Origin: Phoronis australis | Taxonomy: Eukaryota; Animalia; Phoronida | Length of the DNA: 64,000 bases | Direction of reading: 5' to 3' | NCBI GenBank assembly: GCA_002633005.1 | Contig: NMRA01000161.1 | Span: forward strand, 200,101-264,100 | Shown here: piece by piece, positions 12,451-24,400 of the stretch | How positions within the stretch are numbered: the first letter of the stretch is position 1 | How the letters are laid out: every line of letters starts with the position of its first letter | Notes under the pieces: model-generated | The model's input: the letters and a program-made list of their open reading frames with translations, nothing else | What the model was told of the DNA's origin: nothing | The model's database searches: none | Made by a program: the position numbers and the translations under genes

Positions 12451-15400
12451 GTAAATGTAGTTGTCTTGAAGGTAGTGTAAGTAAACGGATCGATGCAATA
12501 CCGCGTCCCTGTACTTTTTTACGTCACAGATTGGATCAAGTACAGACATGAACTGCGTAGAAACCACGACCCTGACTGCTGCATTTCAAAGTTAGCCCCG
12601 TTATCGTTCTCGTGTACATGTGGTTCAAACAAAGTATTTCGTTGCTAAGCATGCGCTAATATGTCAAAATCCGCTGTTGGTGTCAAGCCACTAGTCGGGT
12701 TATCTTAGTGGTCTGTGTTACAGTGGTTGAGAGACGGTCTTCACCACATCGCTCTTTCTGATTGCTGGGGAACGTACATGTATTGTGTACTCGTGGTCAG
12801 GTTGCATTGATAGATTTAAATACAAAACAATCAGTGAGTTAGCAAATAATATAAGGAATCGAACCAGTAGTGATAGTTCTGTTCAACAACTTTGATATAG
12901 CCAAATGTGCGCTTCTGCACGAATGGCACGGACTGAACTTACAAATCATCGGCCATTTGCAATATCGCTATATTCTGAGCACTGGGGAAAGACAAAACCT
13001 GATTTTTGTGTTATATTGGGACAATTTGAGTTGGGCAAAGCTTGAGGTGTAGAAACGTTTGATAGATATGTACTTTTTTGAAATGTTACGACCTCATGCT
13101 ACACTGATTAACATAATTGGTTATAATCAGCAAATAACCATTGGGTAAGATTATCATTATATTTTAATTATAAAATTCCAGTGAGAGAATTCCTAATAAA
13201 CATACTTGTGGTAAAACTATTTTCGATACCCTCATTTAAAAGTTACAAAACGATAATTTATTCGGATACTGCGTTTGGATGCGAAATGCTCAAGTTACCA
13301 ATAAAAACAATAATTTGAAATTATGCATACCTGTTCTGTAAGCTGAGTATCCGCCTGCGCGGAAGGCTGAAAACGAAAATCAAATTAAGGTTTTTACTAT
13401 CATTAATAGTATTTCTTACCGGGACATTTTGGGTTTTATTTCTGTTACCAACTCAAGTTAAAGGCAACTATGAGTGCCCATGCCGCCGTTTTCGAATTAG
13501 GGTTGACCAACATCAGTGAACGCTAAATCGTTTCCCTGAGTCTTCGATGGCATGGGTGTTCTTTTCGTAACATAAATGGAATCCTATAACGATAAGAAAT
13601 CGGCAAGCTCGATTTGGCGAGATTCAAAGGCTTTAATCATGTCCCGGGTGTTTCAACCAGCTACATGTAAATGAGTAAAATACAGTTTTAATGTGTTGCC
13701 GCATTTAGACAACTTATAGAATCTAAATTGAAACAGGTTTTAAGCATCTCAGTCCTGAATCAAATGTAAAGCTATTACAGGACTTTGAAATTACTGACAG
13801 TTCGTCATTGGTGGTGACCAGCATCTGCAATTGGGCTCGTTACAGTGCGTCATTTCATGGGCTCAGCATGATCTCAAGCAACAATTATCTGGTAGTTGTT
13901 TGCAATCCCGGAAATCATGTCACATCTCTGCAAGGTGTACCTCGATAGCAGTTTACGGCGGTAAGCCGTTGGGTCTGAATTAAAAGTTCGCTTTTTGGAC
14001 GAAACGCGGTTTTATTGCCGATTTATACGACAAAAAGAAGTTTTCAACTGACTCAATGACTTATCTTGCATTGCACCCGCTGCAGCGTGAAGCACAAAAT
14101 TACATAAATACAGCCATCGATGAACTCACAAACAAGGTCATTCTTATTCCGATATGATAGGGAGCAAGCTGTTGAAATAGTCAGATGTAGTGAATTAAAT
14201 ATCGTTTCCATGGAAACTTACTTAAAAAATGTTCATAAAATTAGATAAAAATATTACGGTCGAATTTGAATAAAATAGCTTTGAAATGCAGCTCACATTA
14301 CTTATAGAATATTAAGCATGGTAAATTATTAATTGAAAATGTGATCATTTTCGCCAAGCCACATTTTCATAATTTTAACCAGTTATGAAGCGATTACAAT
14401 TATTCTAGGACATTGCCGCCTCAGAAGATATTAAGCGTTTATGGGTAATGGGAAATTACCTGTCGCAATCATGGAAGTTCCATGACCCCGACAGGTACAT
14501 GTAACTTTCCGTCCGTGTTCTAACGGAGTCGGTGATTTGAACGTAGACATAGTTGTACCACTCAGAATCCTTTTACGTTCCGTAGAGTGATATTCTGCAT
14601 GAAAACGATCACAGAAGTAACGTCATTGTTAACAAAGTAAATATTGTGACGACGGTGCAACCTTAAAAAATAGCCGCGATATCCAGCCGCGATAACCATT
14701 TCAATCAATATACATGTACATGTACATGTAGACGTTTCCAGGAAAGCGTAAGCGATTGTAAACAATGCTTTATACTAGTAGCTGTATTCGGAAGTGTCAG
14801 GATCTATATGTTATGACGTCACTTGAAGTATTGTATCAAGAGGCAACAGCGTTTTCAAAATTATAAAAGTACATCATTGACTTTATGCCCTGGATCATTG
14901 TGGTATGGGATAGACTCCTTGAATCTATCAACTTAATCGACCAGACCTATAAAACAACAAAATCCACGGTGGCTTGGTGATTTATCACAAATTTTCAATT
15001 GTCACCTTTGCCTGTGACACCTGTGATTGCATTTACAACTGTAAATACGCCTAAAATGCCCTGCCATTTATTGAATAGCATTTATCTCAGTAACTTTTTG
15101 GCTGCTTTCACGGGCCGGAGTTCCAAGGTCGATTCCGTGATGAAATTGATCTCATAAGGTGACCTTTCTCATGGATAATGGCATTTTAAACTAATACTTC
15201 TATATAAACATAGACTTACTATTGGCACGATATAATAACCCAACCACAGACACCATGAGTTCCACTTGACTACCTTGTCATGTGACAGATTTAGTGTGGC
15301 GTAACGAAGTGGTTGGCACTGAACGTCGCACCTGCCCCAGTACAGTAAATCAAATTACATTGACTTAAGCCATCAACCAGTGGAACGGGGTACGCACGTT

Positions 15401-18400
15401 AAGATATTATAGTTCATATTATGTAAACGTGTTGTATGAAATGGACAGGACTTGAGGACATCTGGAATCGAGTGAAGAAGACCCAGTTTGCAATTGGCGA
15501 AAATTGAATTATTGAAAAATGTGCTATCTTAAACAATGTTAAGTATTGCATTTGATTGTTTTAAATTTTGCTATCGCGTGGACCGTTAATTGCTTACACT
15601 GCCAACCGCATAATCAAAGATGTCATTAAGACGTTATGTATAGCAGACATTTGAGAAGGAAATGGAGTCTTCGCCCGGTGTCTACCCCAACTGAATGAGC
15701 TCACGGGACTATAATACCGGCTCAAACCAGTTTATTTTTTACTCATTAGATTTGTCACGGAAAGAAGACTTTTTCCACTGACTTGCCTACCAAGATCACT
15801 TCTTCTCCGTTTGAATAACGTACAGAATGTTTCAATTCCGAGTTTTATAAATTTCCAACAACATGGATCACTCTGAACGTCACGGGATCACGTCAAACGT
15901 ACGTAGTCAAGCACCGAACCCCTCTGAATCTAAGTCAGACATGTGAAGTGGAGTTGCATGTAAGGATTGTGAAAATATTGGATTAGGCAACATTAAACAA
16001 TTGGAACAACACCTGGTGTTGTACCTAACTTAAATGCCTGTTATAGGTGCCAAAATGACTGTTTGTGGTATTTAAAATACATGTATTAATTAACGAAAAA
16101 CATCAACCTACGGTGCCGTAGCATACCCCAGTCGTCAAATAAGTAGGCCACTTACTATGCAGCAGCCCCATCACGAACCCCATTTAGCGCCAAAAAATTG
16201 ATATAGCGCTCCCACGAACGAAGCCTTGTGACATCATGAACACCATGAATATGAAAAGTCAAAGTGCGCACTGCAGGCGTGCGTTCAGTAGACGCTAGGA
16301 CATACGCTAGGATCTAGCTAAAACCTAGTCAAAGTCACGTGCTCTCATTTAAAATACACGGCAATGTCTCACGTAATCCCACAAAGTTTTGCTTTTTTGC
16401 GAGTTCCTAGCGTTACTGAACGGGAGGCCGATCTTGTAGCAAGTAAACTAACTGTGTGAAGATTATCGTCAAAATACAGCTGGTTAGGAATGCTTGATGA
16501 GCTCCGTACCCGGAAATTTCGCACAGACCGGGTAGTCCTGTTCGTCACCTCGTCTTGAAAGTTAAAGGCGACATGTAGAGCTCACGACCGACGAGGGAGC
16601 ACGCAAAATCTGGGAGTTAAGCTAGAATAACCGTGCATTTTGCAGCCGTTTAAGTGAAAAACAATCTAATCATGTTTTGCGGCCCAATGCCCCGCTTTTT
16701 GTAACAATAGACCGGCAGCCCAGAGCACTTAGCATAGATGAACGAGGTACCAACATCTGTTCACGGGAGCATTTAAAGTCCACCTCAGTATGTACAGAAA
16801 TGGACGTCTGTCGTTGTCTGCACTCTGGATGTGACCCCTGGGGGCCTTACAAAGAGCCCAAAAATGAGCTAGATATTCGAGTTACCAACCAAGACTGATT
16901 TAAAACGAACAATAGTACCGCACTGAACACCGAATGACCCATGACAGACAAATTGCACTCTGGAATAGGTCCGGCAGAAACCAAAAAAGGACCCCCCCCC
17001 CGATGAGCTAGCACATACATTCGAGGTACCACACAAAACCAATTCCATGTGATTCAATACATGTCACAGATCACTAAAACCCCTATGACAGACAAAATAC
17101 ACTCTGGATTGTGCCCGGCAGAAACCTCCAAAAATCGCAACCATGGTATGCCATCAAAAATTTGAGCTAGACTAGATTTTCGAGGTACCGACCAAAATTG
17201 ATTTTAAACGAACAAAAGTACCGCACTGAACACCAAATGACCCATGACAGACAAATTGCACTCTGGAATAGGTCCGGCAGAAACCAAAAAAGGACCCCCC
17301 CCCCGATGAGCTAGCACATACATTCGAGGTACCACACAAAACCAATTCCATGTGATTCAATACATGTCACAGATCACTAAAACCCCTATGACAGACAAAA
17401 TACACTCTGGATTGTGCCCGGCAGAAACCTCCAAAAATCGCAACCATGGTATGCCATCAAAAATTTGAGCTAGACTAGATTTTCGAGGTACCGNNNNNNN
17501 NNNNNNNNNNNNNNNNNNNNNNNNNNNNNNNNNNNNNNNNNNTTTTAGTGATCTGTGACATGTATTGAATCACATGGAATTGGTTTTGTGTGGTACCTCG
17601 AATGTATGTGCTAGCTCATTTTTGGGGGGTCCTTTTTTGGTTTCTGCCGGACCTATTCCAGAGTGCAATTTGTCTGTCATGGGTCATTTGGTGTTCAGTG
17701 CGGTAATATTGTTCGTTTAAAATCAGTTTTGGCCGGTACCTCGAAAATCTAGTCTAGCTAAAATTTTTGACGGCATACCATGGTTGAAATTTTTGGGGGT
17801 TTCTGCCGGGCACAACCCAGAGTGTATTTTGTCTGTCATAAGGGTTTTAGTGATCTGTGACATGTATTGAATCACATGGAATTGGTTTTGTGTGGTACCT
17901 CGAATGTATGTGCTAGCTCATTTTTGGGGGGTCCTTTTTTGGTTTCTGCCGGACCTATTCCAGAGTGCAATTTGTCTGTCATGGGTCATTCGGTGTTCAG
18001 TGCTGTACTAATGTTCGTTTTAAATCAGTTTTGGTTGGTACCTCAAATATCTAGTCTAGTTCATTTTTGGGCTCTTTGTAAGGGGTCACACCCAGAGTGC
18101 AGACAACGGCAGACGTCCATTTCTGTACATACTGAGGTGGACTTTAAATGCTCCCGTGGTCAGATGTTGGTACCTCGCTCATCTATGCTAAATGCTCTGG
18201 GCTGCCGGTCTACAAGGAACAGCCTGTCGTCGCTTTGAAAACAGTGCGGCTCACCCAATACATAAAAAACATACGTAAAGCTTCCCCAATAAAAACCATC
18301 GCAAAACGCTTGTTATTCTCATCGTTTCCACGTGTTAGATCAGATTGCTTGGGCGGTGCTACATAATTATTTCACAAGGATCTGCCGAGACTATACCATA

Positions 18401-21400
18401 TCAGCCGAATGTACACATGAACCTGTTGCCGGTTACAATAGAGACTCAACTCCTTTATATTCCCTAATCTTTCCCTAATCATCGCATTGTGTCCTTTGGT
18501 CCATTCCATTCCTTTTTTGACGTCGTTTCCTCTGCTAGTTTATCATGATTGCTACGTCGAGTAATGCTTTGGAACATACACTGTACATGTATCTAGAATA
18601 TACTATACTTTGAATTCTTAACATTAACGAAAATAAACGATGACTTTCTCATGCAACGTAAATAACTTATTTAGTGCTTCTTCTGACCTCCTTTAGTCCT
18701 ACTCACTAATGTTGCATATATATCATCTTAAATTGTGAGTTGCTTTTTTGTTTATGACAATTTCTAATAGTAATGAAATTGAACCCGGTTCCAATGGAGT
18801 CCGCTGAAGCCTTCCCAAAAGATGCTCTGTATCCCCACTGGTTGTAACCCCAAGTTAGTGCCACCGGGCCTTGTCCTGGCATGATGGCCCGTTTGATGAG
18901 ACGATCCCTCAATCCATAGGGTATAAGGCCCTGAAAGCCTTAAACTGTCTTTTTAGAACCAGTCCAAATCGTGGACTACTAGTTTCCAGAATTAATACAT
19001 GGGTTTTATTTGCGTGTGAGTGGGTACACCGTTTGCCTGCGAGTCTGATTTGTTCCGGTGTCCACCCAGCTGTGCTTGCCGGTGTGTCAGCTCCGATGCG
19101 GAATGAATGTGACCGGTATCTGTCATGTACCACGCCCATTTTCTTCATTGCCGATAGGAGGATAGCGCTAAACTGATAGCGACGGAGAGGGTTTCCTCCA
19201 AAATGACAGAGGAACTGGTGGGCGCTTGGTGGTCTGAGTTTGCAAAATTTAAGCTTGTTGACCACCGGACATGTAAGTGGGTGGTGCGATAAGGGATGTA
19301 GAACAAGCGTCGATGTTTTCCCATGCTGGTCTGTCTTGGGTGGTATGATTTTAATGAAGAACCTGTGGTTGGAAAAGGTGACGTCGTCTGCTTGAAGACC
19401 TTAATTGTTTGGGCCAACTAACTCCGATATTCGGAAAAATTCAAAGGACGCCAAAACGTGTGCTGTCTTGAAAATCTGCGTCCCGTATGTACCGGAGCAT
19501 ACTAGATGCAGGCTGTGGACCAACTGGTACAGTATCTCAGGAGTAATCGGTAGTCGTTTGTCAGCAGTTTTTACACAACGTCGTAGCCCCCCAGTGTCTT
19601 GGACACGGTGAAGTTGGTGGCAACGTGTGGGTAACCATCCACCTTGCATTTAAAGTAACACTCCCGCCAAGTATGACTCGACGGTACCGGCCGCAAAACC
19701 ACAGAGAGACATATATGAAATATATAGAACTAGATGGTAAATTCGAGGGGGCCAGTACAGGGGCAGGATATGCTGTCGTCTAAACGAATCAAATGACTTG
19801 GAGGCCATGGTCATACACTTTGTGGGTGTTGGAGATGGATGCCTGGATTAGACTAGCTGCCTCATCGTGGAGATCAGTTGCAGAAATTGGTGCGGTATTG
19901 GTTCTGGCGATGCTTTTGCCTCTGGTGCCAACGTGAGAAATCGTTCCACCTGTAGAGAGAGATAGCATCGGCAACACGATTATCAACACCTCTCACGTGT
20001 TTGGCTCTTAAACCAACGTTATGACGTAGGGCTAATAACAGCAGGGGCCTAATGAGCTGCATTTAGATGATTCACGGTTGTTGACGTGAACCAAGGCTTC
20101 ATTGTCTATCCATAAGATGATCTTCTTATTGGAAAAGAAAGGGCCCCAGATACAAAATACTATGACTACAGGGACCACTTCTAAGAACGTCATGTCCGCC
20201 ATGAACGCAGCCTAGTCGGTTGACCATGGGTAGAATGCCCGCTGTTTGTTGAAGATGGCCCCATCTCCTAAGTTAAGTGCTCCTGCACTGTCAGTGTACA
20301 TAAAGAGAACGTCGTTTGTGGTCTATTCCGACTTGGGGAAGAAGGTAACCCCATTGAATGAGTCCAGAAACAACAACCATAGCAACATGTCATACCTCAT
20401 GCCATTAGACACTGATATGTGATGGTGGGGTTTACTTTTTTAATGTTCATTACGAAATCTTCAGAATACAATGAATATACATAACCCAGAAAGCGCCAAG
20501 AGGCATTAGATCTGGGTAAAAAAAATACAAAGAAGTCTATATACAATGATTATATACAAATACATAAATAAAAAAACTGATGTTAAGAATACAATGATAT
20601 ATGACAACGAATGAAAATAATTTATTTTCATACAGATGTATCAAATTCTATCCACTCACACAAAGAGATTTAATGTTATAAAGAAATTCTGATACTATTT
20701 CAAATAAAACCATATTTTCGTTTGAGTTAAGTTCTTGACATCCATATTGAAAGAAATTAATTTTGTTGTACAATTGCGGAATTTCGGAGTATTTTTTATA
20801 AACATTGGGGGTATTGTTCGAGTGCCTGAAAGAGCTGTACCCTCTCCTCCTTGCATACCTCACAAGCAAAGAAAACATGAGGATATGTCTGGGTATCTCC
20901 ACAGGAACGCAGAGCGGAAATATTATTAAAATTATGTCTAAATTTCTCGTTGTTTAGGAATAGACCACATCTTGATCTGTATAGGGTTATTTCATGGTTG
21001 CGGGGAAGTTGGAATGATGTCAATGGGACTGGCAAGTCTGGAGTAGTGGTATGCATTTTAAAGTTATTTTTGAGAGTGACGATTGAAGTGCTTTCTTTTA
21101 TTTTGAATGGTAAGGAATTCCAGTTGTCAATACAAGTTAATATCGTTGATCTCCTAAAGGCTTGGCTGATGGAGGCTGGAATAGTATACATATTGCTTTG
21201 CCGGAGTTCTGGTCTCGTGCTTGGTCTTTTGTAGGAGTCAAAGAGGATTTTGTTAGAGTAATTGTTTATGTTGGTTAAGACTTTGAATGTATACATGGAC
21301 AGGTGGAGTTTACGACGGGTTGCTAGTCTGCTCCAGTGAAGACTATTTAGAACCTTGATTGTGTTGGACCCTTTGTATGCCCCACTTAAGGCTAAAGCTG

Positions 21401-24400
21401 CTTGGTATTGTAGTCTTTCTAATTGGAGAAGTATGCCAGCGTTTGCCGATTGGTAGATTATGTCACAGTAATCTAGATGTGGAAGTACAAAAGACTTGAA
21501 CAGAGTTTCAAGATGCATGGAGTTGAGATGACGAGAGATAATTCTAATTGGATTAATTAATTTTTGTACTTTTTGAGCGAGTTCGCGACAATGAGGAGTA
21601 AATGTAAGCTTATGGTCGAGTAGCAAGCCAAGATGTTTGTGCGTGAACTTATTGGGGATAACTTCCCCATTGAGTGATAATTCCAGTGTTGGATTTGTTT
21701 GGAAATGAGTATTATTAGACTTAGAAAATATAAGATCAACACTTTTTTCAGGTTTAAATTTCATCTTCCATTTGTGAGACCAGTCATAGAGTTTGTTAAG
21801 GACAGTTTGCAATTGTAAGGAGTCATGGGGATGCTCGTTTGAGAATGGGTGGAATATTGCAGTGTCATCAGCATATAAGAATGTGTTAGAGCTTATCGTG
21901 TCTGGAAGATCATTGATGTACAGTAAAAAGAGTAAGGTTCCTAGTACGCTACCCTGTGGTACTCCAGCATTTACGAAACCTGGTGTTGATGAAGGTGATA
22001 AGACACCCTCAATTCGGACTTTGTAAGTTCGATTTTCCAGATATGATTTTAAAAGTAAGGGGACAGTGCCTGAGAAACCGTAAGATTGTTATTTATGTAG
22101 AAGCAGGTCACGGGGAACGACATCAAAAGCTGACGCAATGTCTAAAAATACGGATCTCACGTTGTACCCTGGCTCAAACTGGAGGTGGATGTCGTGTACA
22201 AATTCTGTAAGTTGGGGCACAGTGCTGTTACCAGGCATGAATCCAAATTGGCGACGATATATGAGGTTTTGTGAAGAGAGGTGGTCAAACATGTGCTGAG
22301 AAATGATTTTTTCTAAAATTTTGGATAAGGTGTTAAGTACATGTAGAGTTATGGGGCGATAGTTGGCAATGTCTGTTTTGGAGTTCTTTTTGTGTATTGG
22401 TATCATAACTCCAAGCTTCCAGTTCAAAGGAAATTTTCCAGATTGTAATATTTTGTTGTATAATGTTGTCAGAGGAAGTGTAAGCTCTCTTGCTATTATC
22501 TTGATCATTTTATTGGTTATGAGATTGGTACCGTCGTTTTTTTTTCGTCAAGAATGTTTTCTAGTAGTTTTCTGACTTCAAATGGTTGGGCTTCTATGTA
22601 AGAGAGGTGTTCTAATGTTCTGTTTGGGAATTCTGGAAAGTTTATTGTTGGTGCAATGTGACTCTTGGCAGTGAAGTAGTCTAGAAATAAGATACTTTTA
22701 TCGGCTTTGAATGACGCCTGAGAGTTGGATTCTTTTGAGAGGATGGTGGGGTATGATGATTGCTTTACCTGTCCTCCAATTTTGTTTACTATATCCCAAT
22801 ATTCCTTAGAATTTTTGGAGACATTTTTGATATTGGAGATATCTTTCATCTTATAGTCTTGTTTTGTCTTTTTAATTAGTTCTTCCACACTCTTGCACTG
22901 TTCTTTGTAGCGCTTGAACGTGCATGGGTTATTTGATCTTCTGAACGATCTGTACAGTTTATTTCTTTTATTTATTTCAGACTTAATGTTATTGTTAAAC
23001 CACGGTTTGTTCTTGTTTTTTTATTGTTTTCATGGTTGATGGGATATTATTATCTTATATGTTGTAGAGTGACTGTGTGAATATTGAGACTGCGTCATTT
23101 ATGTCACTTTTGTTAAGTATATCAGTCCAGTTGAATGTGGTTATGTCAGAGCGCAGTTTGTCCATGTTAATGAGGTTGTAATTCCAGATCTTCATAATGT
23201 CTGGTTCTTTAGGTGGGCAGTTGAGTGTGAATGTTGTTTCTATAACGTGGTGGTCTGAGTTACCAATGGGAGGCCTTACAGAAGTGGATTCAATTAATCC
23301 GAGATTGTTTGTTATACATAAATCAAGGCAAGAATGTGAATACTCTGTTAAACGTGTCGGCTCGTTTATTAGTTGTATACAGTCATTTGTGAGGAGAATA
23401 TCGTTGTCTTATTACGCATGGCGCTGCCCGAGTCAAATAGAGCTCTGAGACTATACGATACTCGGGCCCTCGATAGAGCATCGTAGAATCTCCAAATGGA
23501 AGCTCGCGCGACTGGAATGACCTTAGAGAAAAAAACCAGCATGCCAGTTAAAGTTTTCAGCCCACGTCGTTTTATTCGTTTTTGTGAACTAAGGCTGATA
23601 ATGTGGCGCGGAGTTAAATGAGTTTCTTGTCCGATATTTGTTGTTGAAAAGTGTCAATGTCCAGACCTAAGAATGCGAGTACTGTGGAAGGACCAGCTGT
23701 TTTGTCTGTGGAAAAGGGTACAACGATGAAATCGCAGAGGGATGTGAAGTGGGCCATTAGTGTCTTGCAAATGTCTGTGTCAAGCGACCCAACAAATATA
23801 AAGTCATCAAGGTAGTGATCCAATGTTCAGTGTCCCGATCGAGCCTCGATGGCCCAGTGTAGTGCTGTTGAAAATATCTAGAAGAGGTGAGGTGCTAAAG
23901 AGGCGCCAAATAGGAGGCATTTGTCGATGAAGTAGTAACCCTTGTGTTGGTACCCTAAAAGGGCGACGTAAGTGGGGGTAAAATGGAAGGAGCCGGAAGG
24001 CTGACTAGCTGGGCACCCATGCCAACATGGCTTATCATATCTATAACCTTGTCGAAGCTTGTGTACTGCACAGTGCAGTAATCTGAATTAATTCCGTCGT
24101 TGACACTGGTCCCTTCTGTGTAAGAGAGGAGGAAGATCATGCGAAAATCTCCCTCTGGTTTTGAGAGGAGACCCAGCGGCGAGGTACGAAGGTTTTAGAT
24201 TGGGCGTTTAGGAAAGAGGCCTGCCATGTGGCCCAGGTCACATTCTATGATGAATTTTTCCCAAAGCTGCTAGGGTTGGCAAGTTGCTGATAACAGGTTT
24301 CTTGCTGTGGTGTGGCTTCTTGTGCCCGTGTACTGCAACCTAAAGCCATTTTGGAAAACTTGAACAAGGAATGAAGCACAGTTGGGGTCCAGGTACCCAT

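Noticed and set aside
16677-18238. Repeated 61-123 aa ORFs (MNHMELVLCG...)
   Set aside because: They come from the 303-bp tandem unit of the foldback arms and show no protein motif.
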